Below, piece by piece: positions 52,491 to 64,000 of a stretch of 64,000 nucleotides of DNA (its first letter is position 1; each line of letters opens with the position of its first letter). The stretch lies in contig NC_042997.1 of assembly GCF_006345805.1 (NCBI RefSeq), positions 10,106,001 to 10,170,000 on the forward strand, written 5' to 3'. The notes below the pieces were generated by a model. It had not been told where the DNA came from. It saw only the letters and a program-made list of their open reading frames with translations, and did no database searches. The DNA comes from Octopus sinensis (taxonomy: Eukaryota). Both the position numbers and the translations under genes were made by a program.

Positions 52491-55400
52491 ATTATACTCA
52501 CGGTTGGAATGATAGGTATGTTCCATCTAATCCAACTAACACTGAACTACTTCGGCTTCAGTAGACAAGTTACTGAAATTCATTGACATCCAAGATTCTT
52601 ATAGCTATATGAACAGCAAATCCTTATGGTGAATATTTCGCTCTTGTAGAATGCAATAAGATGTTCATTGTTAATATAATTCTTGGGTAAAGTTATGAAT
52701 AAGCGGTTTCACTCTAGACGATAAGTGTTTAGAGATTACAGTCATTTAATTTAGGTAAGTTTATATTAAGATTTTGATATGCTATATTGTTCTTCATATT
52801 GCAACGTTTGACACCGAATCATTTTCCCTCTGGATAGTAATATAACACTTCTTACTAACTTGAACAAGTATAAACAGAACAAATCAATGCTTTTGAACGT
52901 CAAATCAATGTTTGAAAATATGCTCACAACTATTGTTCTACTCGGAAATGAGCTACCTAATAAATGACTACACTTTACTGACAAGTTGAATAGCTGTCGA
53001 CCACAGAATATTGATAGCTGTTAGTAGGCTACTATTATGATCTAGATAAAGAAACCGTTCTTTGTTATGCTTGATGATTAAGTCCCGGTAATATTGGTCA
53101 GCACTTTAGTTTCCCAAAATATTACAGACTCTCATGAATAATGCAACATTCTACATCAATGTTCTTCACTCGCTTTACTTAAAGCAAAGTTTACTCATTA
53201 CCTTCGGAACAAGGAACTGTAATACAATAAAAAGAAGAGTAATAACAAATTAGCCAATGTAATTACGGGTGTTCGTTCTTTGACGTGGAAATGTTATTTC
53301 TTAATTTCTCTCAAAATTGGCGAAGTATGTGTAATAGCCAAAGAATACCGTGACAGCTTTGTAAACATTATATCTGGTTTAACAGGATATATCAAATGTA
53401 TTTTGAGGTGGAGGTGATTAGATAATTAGCATAATATAGTATGGTGTCAGTTAAAGGCCGGTACTAAGATATAGGATTATGAGAATATTGCAAGTATGTA
53501 GTTGGTGACAAAGAAAAGCAAAACTGGTGAAAACATCTAAAGAAATTTTGTAACTAAGTATGAAGGAGCGAGATGGTGACTGAGGTCGTATATTAACTGG
53601 ATACAACGTCATATTTGTGAACACCGGAATAACATAACATATAAACTTATGTTGTTTAATTTCCGAGTCACATCTGGTTTACATTATTCAACATCGGCTA
53701 CATAGTTATAAATACTAGACTGTTATTTCAGAAAAATTTGGTTGCTAGTTCAAGCATATTGTGCAACCAAAAAGAGATTCCATCGTTAGATCGATAACGA
53801 CAAGCATGCACATTTTATGACTACCTAAAATAGGTACCTTGTAGTTAAAATAAAACGCATGGTGGCAATGACTAGGGTTCATAATTTGATCAGTTAGTAT
53901 TGGACAGTAGATTAGGTTGTTCGTTATTTATTATTGCATGTGACAAGGTTATAAGTATCTCTATGTGACCTAGGTTATAAGTGCCCCAGTATCACTCGTC
54001 CAGATTTTTTATAGATCTAAAACCTTGTGCCAGTATGAAAAAAAAATATTCGGTATCTTTGTACTAGTTGAACTGACGCAAGATCTTAAATAAGCTAACG
54101 AGTGAACAACTGATGTGAAGTTACTCTGTATACCAGAACTAGTCAACTTCTTGTTGAAACTAAACAACTAATTAAAAGCATATTTGTTAGGTTTAATAGC
54201 TTTTATCTATATTTTCTTACGCAAGAAACACAACTGAATGAATGCCTAAAATTTTGAGTATGAAATTAATGACTATTTTACCTGGCATGTTAGCTCTCTG
54301 GCTATTGATAAAATGCATTGTATATAGTGTAGCATATTATTTAGATATGAATCTGACACGCGCCCATTCAATGCTGTTAAACTCAGGTAATGCTGGTAAA
54401 TTGTACTTGTTTTATATTTATCGATTTAGTGTTAAAGAACCAAATACTTCGTACTAAAATATTGCCCATAACATAACGTAATTGTTAGATAATCTCAGAT
54501 AAAAGAAAGTACTGAAAGACAGTTATAGTTCCATTATTTAGAAAACTACGAAAACTAATCGAAAATTTAAAACTATAATGTGTATAACTTTATCATATAT
54601 CTGATTTATGGGATTCTATCAGTAAATTCGACCCTGTAAGTTCTTTTAATTTAGTGAGAGCAATTATGAGTCTTTTCGTTTAATAGGTTGCTTCCGTTAT
54701 GTTCTATAGTCGCTCTGCTGTTCGAAAATTCCAGCGTTGTCAATCCTAGCGGCTAAATCAAATTTCAATTAGAATTCTAAATTTACACGATATAGCAAAG
54801 CACTGTTGTTTTAGAACAATAACCTCGTCGACCCAAATAGTCACTTTGTTTGTTACAATTCTTAAACGTAGCTCCGGGAGAAATAACTTTCCAACCACCA
54901 TTCGAAATTTACATGATACAAACTTCAATGAAAAATATATCGTTTCTGTTGGTCAATCTAGCTTTGAATAGTTTCCTGTTGTTGGTTTGGCTTTCCACCA
55001 GACATTTTGGCAACACATCTATTTATATACATATAATACATGTGCTTTCATTATTCTTGGCACAAAAACTAGACATTTATATTGAAACTATGTAAGTTTG
55101 TAACAATACCTACTCAATAAAATTTCTTCTGATGTCTCCAACGAGTTTACAAAAATAAACATTTTGACAAGTATTACAATTTCAACACAAACCTATATCA
55201 ATTTCACAATTTCTAAATACTGCGATGTTGTAATTTAAATCGGTGACACTTTTGGTCTTCGCAAAAAAGCAATTGTTATGAACAAAATACTGATTTCAGT
55301 GAGATTGTTTATAATAAAGCCGTGATACCAATACCACTGTCAATAGAGTATTTTATATCTATATATCTACCTATTTACATATATATATATATATCCATCC

Positions 55401-55849
55401 ATACATGTGCGTATATGTATATGTATGTATGTGTGTATGCATGTATGTATTTTGTGCGCGCGCGCGCATATACATATATATTTTTCGGTGTATTGCAATA
55501 TATCTTTAAAGTATATAAAAACGCTGATATGGAAGACATCAGCTTTTACAGGTTTGGGTTACGGCTATTGTTGTTGCTGTGTAGGCTCGTGTTCGCTCTA
55601 GTAAAGCAGAACGAGTAGATTCTAGTTTATTAGTAGAAGCTAGTCGTTGTATTGATCTGAAACTCCAAATATGCCAGCAAAAGTTAACTTGAAGGCCAGT
55701 TTCTATATTATTTCCTGTCAAATTCTGTTCAACTTTTCCATGAACGTTATAGATTTAACATTTTACATCTCGTTTTCTAAATTGTATTGTCATTGATTAC
55801 AGATGCTCAAACGACCTATCAATTGCTCTCATTATTCGCGAGAAGAGAG

Positions 55850-57800
55850 ACAAGTGGGAGTCTGTGCAACTCAAATGCAGCAAATACTGTACAATGTTCT
55901 TTTGTTCTAATTGTCTAGGTTCCTTTATCGTTCACTTCCGAAGCCGATGTTAAGGTGGCATTTCTGGCCACCTTTGGGGCTACGATCGTCGATGTGACTC
56001 ACAGTGAAGATACAGAGACAGCTACCTCTACGTTCGCTATCAATGATTTCCTGAAGACTGGATGTGGCACTACTGCCTACCTTCGTCATCTTCTCTCGGC
56101 TTCTCTAGCTCTGCACAACAAAAATCCCTTGCAAACACAATTATAACAATTGGGCTTTATTTTTCCTGACCATCAATCTCATCACTTTGTCTGAGCACTC
56201 ATGTCGAACGATACTTCTAGAATAACTTTATGGTCCGAAGCAGATAGCAGAGCTTGCAAGATCATAGTGACTTCCTCCCTACCATGTGTCGTTCCTCATT
56301 CCTTCTATGCTAATTCAGCTCACATCTGCATTACAAAGGCGACAACGAGCCAATGGTCTGTGTACATTTCATTTCCACTGGTATTCGTTATTGTGTTATG
56401 CAGCCCTATATACTGCGATTAACGAGTACATCAGTAAATTCTAGGCCTATTCCAACGCAGTTCTAAATGTTAAGGCTTAAGCAGATTATACTGAAAGCTT
56501 TACCTTCGCTTTGGACAAAAATTTGGTTCAGATATCTTCCTGGTCTTGCCTTAGCTGTCCTTTTGAGTATCCCACGGAAGAACACCAACTTCCTGAAGCA
56601 ATGGCCGGCCAATTTTGTCAAACTCCAATCCTGCTATTGCTGTTGGACCTATGCTCCGGCAATAGTAGATGTTCCCCCCTTCCCTGTTTATTGGAAACAG
56701 AAAGCTCTTAAGTGGCTTTAAGTACCATGAAAATGAACTCTTGTCTTTTTGTCCTCGACAGCAACAAACGGTTACATTACGGCTTCACATAGAGAATGAT
56801 CTCCACTATAGACCCAAAACAAAAATTTTTTCTCACTTCGTTTTTACGTCGAGGAGAGTATCTATGCGCTCCAAGACAACATAGAACAATATCCACTGTT
56901 TGTCTAGTCGCGGTGGAACCCATTCTATCTTAACGCGACAGGTCCTTCTTAGAAAATACTTTGAGTAAGTGATAGTTTCCTGTCATGTATAGGAACTGCA
57001 GAGTGCCTCAGCGCGAAGATTTCGATTTTGAAGTACCGCCATACTCCTGAATTGCTTAGCCTTAATAATGTGTTCTATGTCTGTCCATATATGTTTGAGT
57101 GATCTGTTCTTTTTGATGTGTGTTTCTACTTCATGCATCAGATTTTCGCCGATCCTGTTTTAGGGACAGTCGCTTCCAAAAACCACAATTAGGGTTGCAA
57201 CTTAGGTTCTCCTTCCGTTCACTTTCACAAGTGGCGCTGCTTGTGTAAGGCGTACCTCCTTGTTTAATGAGAGAGAAAAATATTTTGTTGACTTCATCAA
57301 AATGCAACAAAAAATTGTTCACCAACGGGGTTGAACGCATAACTTACTTTGTTGACATCGTTGTTGTTGCAGCTGTTGTTATTGTTGTTGTTGTTAAGCA
57401 ACAAGATGGGTAAGAGTGATTAGGTGATGGTCTAGGGCTTAGGGGTGGGAGACCCCAGACCTTGGACAAAAAAGCTTTGGTCGTCTTGTTGTAGTAGAGG
57501 GCTCTTCGTAGACGCCCGACACGACAGGGACGTGGCCCTCGAACTCGCTGGAAATGGAGATCTCCAGATCCAAATTCTTGAACGGCTGTTGTTGCAGCTG
57601 ATTTTATTAATGCTCTTGTTCTTGTTGTTGCAGCTGATTTTATTGATGCTCTTGTTTTTGTTGTACTATTGCTATACTGTTGTCTTTTTGCTGGTTTGTT
57701 CTTATTGTTGCAGCTGCTGTTTTGTTATAGCTATTGGTATAATTGTTGTTGCTGTTAGGTTTCTTGTTGTTCTCGTATACGTCTATTTTCCTGCTGCTTG
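55850..57800 (-). mobile_element. possible highly decayed LINE ORF1 (gag-like) with Gln-rich leader
   Basis: Higher-GC block; broken minus frames give RTCRVKIEWVPPRLDKQWIL and a Cys-containing knuckle-like YYCRSIG; CAA/CAG-rich leader 57350-57800. Confidence 0.3.
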
Positions 57801-58088
57801 TAGTCAAGATGGGGATGTTTGAATCGGAGTACGAGTAATTGCCGCTCTTCAGTATCTTGATCGTGAGAATCATTTCTCCTCCTAAACACTAAAACGCATG
57901 ATATGGTGACACATGCTTTGTTATAAGAAAGGTGCCCCTTAAATCTCAAAATTATTGTTTCCCTCTTCACGTAACATTCAAGGAAATTTATAACCAAACG
58001 GTATATACAACAAAAACAACAAATCTTCTACGAGACGACGCGAAGCATATCCAATATAGAACAACGATAACAACATCAACAACGAAAA

Positions 58089-58114
58089 TAGAAAGAAAGA
58101 AAGAAAGAAAGAAA

Positions 58115-58162
<48 letters not shown>

Positions 58163-58163
58163 A
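58089..58163. repeat. (GAAA)n microsatellite
   Basis: Direct reading. Confidence 0.95.
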
Positions 58164-59406
58164 AAAATAGTCTTTTGGCACCCGTGTTTTGTTATTACAA
58201 ACTCCTCCGATATAATAAATATATTTCATTAAATGTTGAACAATGCCAAACAAAGAAATATATTCAATACCCACCGTTTGAAACGTAATATCAAGTATAT
58301 CTTTAAGTGATGGTATGCTTCAGGGTAGATTTGCTCTAAAGACATTTTTGTGTGTGCGCACGCATGCAACTGTTGTGCAGAAGCACATGCGTATCTACTA
58401 TGTTTGTGCGAGTATGTGTATGTAGGCACTTCAGCAAAACAAATATTGGTCTCACATTTACATTGCTTTCGGCTGATTTTTCGTCTTCGTTGCTGTAGAC
58501 GGCAAGACTACTACAAATAGAAATAACTCAAGTTCAAAAGTGGAATAAATTGGTTCATCGAATGTAAGAAGAACAGTCTGAAGTTTAAGACAGAGCTCTT
58601 CGTTACAGTGTAATATTTTCTGATCATGCCAAATGAATTCATTTATAGAAGAAAAAAGAGGGAAGCGAAAGAGAAATAAATTACCGTTCTTTGGATTGTA
58701 CTAAGCTTCCACACTTCTTTTGCTTATAATAAACATATTTCTCACATTTAGCAGCTTGAATTCGACAATCTACCATTCGTTTCAGAGTGGCTGAGGGAAA
58801 CATTTTCTTTTTTGCTAAAGGAGGGGTAGGACGTGAGGAATATGTCATGTTTGCGTCTTGGATTATAAGAAACAATATATATTTGGGGGATTTTGAATCA
58901 ATTTCAATGCTACAAACTTCGCCAATATTTTTATGACTAGGCGAGAAAACTGTAAATATAAAAAATAACGTCAGGAAAACTGAAAAAAAAAACAATAATG
59001 TAATTTATATTCAATATGAGGATGAAAAAATACAATTTAGTTACATTTTAGAGATAAAATGTGAAAAACATTCGCAACGGATTCTAACTTATCGATTCAT
59101 TCCCGTGAATATAAAAGAAAAAGTTGTTATGGTGATCAAAGAAGTGAACATGAGATTTCTTTTTTAAATGCATCTAACTTTAGTGGTAAGCATACAAAAA
59201 TATTTTTTCTTATAAGAAAAAAACATTTTCTAAATTATTTACGTCCGGTAAAATATGAAAAGTATTTACCGCAGATCGTAAATAATAGCAAAACAGTTTT
59301 TTTTATCTCAACTTCAGTTATGTTCTACGCTTTCTGTTCGTTCTTGAGGATATTCGTCGGTCGTTTTATTGTATATCCTTTCCTTAAACATACATACATA
59401 CATACA

Positions 59407-59438
<32 letters not shown>

Positions 59439-59526
59439 AATATATGTATGCATGCGTGTGCATGGATGTATGCATACATATATGATCATATACACTTACA
59501 TAAACATCATGAACATATTACACATT

Positions 59527-59577
<51 letters not shown>

Positions 59578-60750
59578 ATGAGCGTATGTATCTATATATT
59601 ATATGTATATGTGTGGATATGTATGTATATACGATAAGAGAGAATCAAAATGAAACGAGTGTTGGCCTGTCTCGGTAAGAGATACTATTTCGTAAAATGC
59701 TTAAAATGAGTACGTGAACTTGTCGTGAGGGGTAGATAATGCATCTTTACAGGGAAACCTTCCTTTTATATTCCTGATGAGAATTTCACTGTACTCTCCA
59801 TCGATTTTGCCTCGCGCGCGAGCACACGTGCGCAAATATACAAACAAGCATGTTAAACATGCATGTTTAAATCAGTTTAGAATCAGTTCTAAACATACAC
59901 ATACATGTATATGATCGTATTTAGGTTATAGTACTGACACACTCAGTTATTCATTCAATTAAGCGAAATAGAATTGTGGTAATCTGTAATTTGTTTAAGT
60001 GCATGACAAGGTGAGGCAAGGTGTTTAACTGGATTTTTCTACCAAATTATTTTTCAGTAAACTTTAAAGTGCCTTAGTATGTAAAGAATGTGGTGGTGGT
60101 GGTGGGAGTGAAGAAACAGAATCAATTGTTAACATGTCATAAAATTAGTTGGTCTCTAGAAAGAGAGAGAAAGAGGAGCACAGAGAGAGAGAGAGAGAAG
60201 ATTACTGCTTGGAATGAGAAAGATATTTATTGAAAGACTTATCAAATGCCATTGTTTTCCGAGTTAATATTATCTCTTAATAATTTTTCGCAAAGACTAG
60301 CATTTTTTTTTCCTAAATATCATCTATTACTATATCAGATATGTTCCAGTTATCCTTAAGCAGTGCCAATATCCATCTTTCCATAATCTCTACATGTGAT
60401 AAAACCACTCATTCCGCTCTCTCTCGTATCATCATTTCTGATATACTATCTTACATTATAAAATATAGTTGTTATTGAAAGTAGTATTGCTGATGTCAGC
60501 AGAATTATCATTGTATTTACTGTGTCACGTAGGATGTCTTTTCGAAATTTTTGCTTTTTTTCATTAGAATTTGACAATTTTATAATACCGGATAAATAAT
60601 TCATATTAAAATCTTTTATTGGTTTAGTACTATCAATTTCAGATATTCATACTTATGAATACGATATAGTTTTTAAATATTCCTTTACTTAAAAGTAACA
60701 ATAATATCGATTATAATATTAATTAACTACAAAGTTTAGTGTTAGATATT

Positions 60751-60752
<2 letters not shown>

Positions 60753-60847
<95 letters not shown>

Positions 60848-60864
60848 GTATGCATATATGTACG

Positions 60865-60895
<31 letters not shown>

Positions 60896-60965
60896 ATATA
60901 TATATGGTAGCTGCGATGTATATATCTATATCTATCTATCTATCTATATATATATATATATATAT
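60753..60965. repeat. (TA)n-rich microsatellite
   Basis: Direct reading. Confidence 0.95.
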
Positions 60966-61006
60966 TTAAAAAAGGAGATGTGGAACACGAGTTGTGATAT
61001 ATTAAA

Positions 61007-61610
61007 AAAGGAAATGAAGAAAATGCTGACAAAATAATTTAAGTAAGGGAGAGTGTATTTAATTAGGTGAAAGTTCTTTTTTTAAACAAAAAAAGAGAAA
61101 AATTGGGTTAGAATACAATGTTCATTTTTTGTGAAGGATTTCAGTGTATAAGAAAAAAGTAAGAGTCTTTTACAGTGTTCTGTTTCAGAATAAGATATTT
61201 AGTAAAAGCGTGTAATATACAGTTTTTTGTGGAAAAGTTCAATGTCAGATTTCAGTGTAGAATAAAAAAAAGTAAGAGTTTAATGGTTGCGCATTTGTTA
61301 TGCTTATCAAAAGATATTTTGAGTGAGATAGAGTTCCTTTTTGATTGATTTTTTTCTCTTATCAGATAAGAGAAAAAAATCAATCAGAAAGGAACTCTAT
61401 CTCACTCAAAATATCTTTTGATAAGCATAACAAATGCGCAACCGGTAAACTCTTACTTTTTTTATTCTACACTGAAATCATTCACAAAAAATGAACATTG
61501 TATTCTAACCCAATTTTTCTCTGTTTTTTGTTTAAAAAAAGAACTTTCACCTAATTAAATACACTCTCCCTTACTTAAATTATTTTGTCAGCATTTTCTT
61601 CATTTCCTTT
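61007..61610. repeat. near-perfect long palindrome (fold-back) centred at 61364
   Basis: 61248-61363 pairs with 61365-61479; 61007-61148 pairs with about 61468-61610; only a few mismatches. Confidence 0.95.
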
Positions 61611-61629
61611 ATATATATATATATATTAT

Positions 61630-62915
61630 TTATTTATATACAAGCAGTATATATATGTCCGGTCATAGGGTGATCAATGGTTTCGCATCCATAAAGCGTT
61701 AGGCCTTATAAACGACTTGTCAGACCCAATGGCGGATGCATACCCCTCTTCAAACAGGACGTAGAAAACTGTTACGGTCAGTAAATATGTAAGCAAAGGC
61801 TAACACTGCTTGAGTCTTTTGCGAGTTATCTCCCTTAAACCAGTTTAGATGTAAAATTTTATGGACTTAAGTGCCGAAAGGGGTGAAAGTAGACTCTCTG
61901 CTCCCACGCTGTTTCCAGTCTGCGATGACATTTCGGCTCTAATAGGTGAGTGGAGAATCGGCTAGTGAGGAATCCCGTACCTGTAGCGCTTGAAATGGAG
62001 GCATGGGCTATAAATGTTAGCAACAGCACTAGCGAAGATACCTTTCCCACGCCCAATGTTAATAGCGACAGCATCCACAACATCTGTAACAGTGGCAGCA
62101 ACAGCAACAGCAACACCAACGGTCAGGGATAGCTACAGCGAAAACAACTACAGCGATATCGCCAAACATACAGCACCGTTGACTTTTCCAGTAACAGCAG
62201 CGGCAGCAACATCAACCCCAAGCCCAGGGTCATCGGAAGATTCACCAGGAGTGTGAACACATCCAGCTATCAGGTTCAGAGATATATTGGGTTGGCCGTA
62301 ACTGCCTTTAAGCGGCGCCTGTACAACCACATGTGCTCTTTCAAGATTACGGAAAGACAGTACGTCAAGTCCATGACAAGCCATGTATGGCAGCTTAAGG
62401 ATAATGGAATCCCATACAAAGCTAAATGGAGGATTATAGAGCAGCCGGAGCCCTACATTAACAGGAACGGTGATGCAAGCTCTGCATAGCAGAGCAAGAA
62501 AGAATACTAAATTACAGGCCGTAAGTGACTTTTATAGCCCAAGCCTCCATTTAAAGTGCTACCTGCTACAGCCATGGGAGTCCTCATTCACCAATTCTCC
62601 ACTCGCTGATTAAAGCTGAAATAGTATCCACAGACTAGAAACAGCCTAGGAGCAAAGATTCCTCTTTTACCCCTTTCGTCACTTAAGTCCATAAAGTTTG
62701 CCATCTAAACTGGTCTAAGGAAGATTACTCGGCCAAAGCATCAAGCCTTTGTTTACATATTAATTGACCATAACAGTTTTCTACGTCCAGTTTGAAGAGG
62801 GTTTTGCATCTGCCATTGAGTGTGATGAGCCGTCTATAAGGCCTATCGCTTTATCGATGCAAGACCATTGGTTACTCTATGACCGGACATGTATTTAACT
62901 GTTTGTAAATAAATA
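61630..62915. mobile_element. about 385-bp diverged inverted repeats enclosing a Penelope GIY-YIG fragment
   Basis: 61630-62014 is the reverse complement of 62531-62915 (roughly 75-80% by eye); spacer encodes RYIGLAVTAFKRRLYNHMCSF...WRIIE then frameshifted CKLCIAEQERIL. Confidence 0.8.
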
Positions 62916-62981
62916 CATTACTGCTCTATTTTTTAGTGTGCTCTCTTTCGGATATACGATACACTGATGACATATATATTT

Positions 62982-63043
62982 ATTACTTTATTGCCCACAG
63001 GGGGCTAAACATAGAGAGGACAAACAAGGGCAGACAAAGGGAC

Positions 63044-63045
<2 letters not shown>
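62982..63045 (-). mobile_element. SINE 3' tail only (GTCGACTTTGCC family)
   Basis: TTTATTGCCCACAGGGGGCTAAACATAGAGAGGACAAACAAGG as at 35745-35800. Confidence 0.75.
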
Positions 63046-63077
<32 letters not shown>

Positions 63078-64000
63078 ATGTTTATATATATACATAGATA
63101 TAGATATATATATATACATATATATATATGCATGGATGTATGTATATATACATAGGGAGAAAATAATACAAAAAAGCATGCACATTTCATTTTGTATTAA
63201 TCAAATCATGCCAAAATACATTATTCCATACCGGTTTCACTTCTAATAGATATATTTATGATAACAGGCAAGCGTAAAAGCTGGTTGTTAACTTTTCCGT
63301 TAAATGATACCACAATGCAGTGATTAAAATTAGCTTTCTCAAAAGCATTTTGAGTCACAACTGAGGTAATGCTTTGTACGCTAAAATATTTATAAGCTGA
63401 TGGGCAAATATAATGTCCTAAATAGTGATATTTAGATTTAAAACTAATTGACGTAATTGATTATGCTTTAAAACTTAGTTTTACAAGTGAATACCTGGCT
63501 GTCCACATTCAGTTAAAGTGTACTATAATGTCCCGACTGACAGTAGTGATTTAGGACACTAACCTAAATTCCTTGTAATTGCACCAACTAATTTTTAATT
63601 ATACATTATTGAAACCTGTGCATAGCTACATATAAGACGACATGTATACGTTAAAGTATATTCTACGTACGGCAAATGAAGAAATCTTAATGGCTTTATT
63701 TGCTATTGTTAACCTGTATACAAATAATTACGGAAATTAAGCAATAAACATTAGCTTAATAAGTATCTTCAGGAATTACCGTTCACAAAGAAAGACAATT
63801 TATTATTAAAGAACGACTTATTTTTCAATTTGACCAAGCGATATAAAAAGTTTTAGAACAAGAATTGAAGAGTTGGGAATTCCGATGTATGAAAATTTAA
63901 TAAGAATATATTTTAAGATAAAAAGAAATGGAAAATCTAAACAAACTTTGCAGTCTTTTTCTTTTTTTTAGCTGTTACTTGAAGGTAAACCCAAAACGAT

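Noticed and set aside
58750-58825. Exon-like QLEFDNLPFVSEWLRETFSFLLKEG
   Set aside because: Ambiguous splice sites and no homology recognised.

Overview
AT-rich eukaryotic, microsatellite-dense, repeat-dominated DNA. The repeat repertoire (tRNA-derived SINEs, RTE, R4/Dong-like and Penelope retroelements, Tc1/mariner relics) suggests a coleoid cephalopod such as Octopus; this is an inference. No intact host gene was recognised, so the window is probably intronic or intergenic, and most listed ORFs are translations of simple repeats. The most notable non-coding structure is a set of hammerhead-ribozyme motifs: an apparently intact minimal type I hammerhead at 24257-24302, a head-to-head inverted pair at 22479-22599 inside an R4-like LINE relic, and degenerate motifs of a second family at 6777-7407. 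There are also several long fold-back palindromes (7141-7226, 61007-61610, 61630-62915, 642-995, 12867-13046), an RTE 3' end with three C2H2 fingers, and SINEs showing combinatorial head/tail swapping. Alignments and identities were made by eye.
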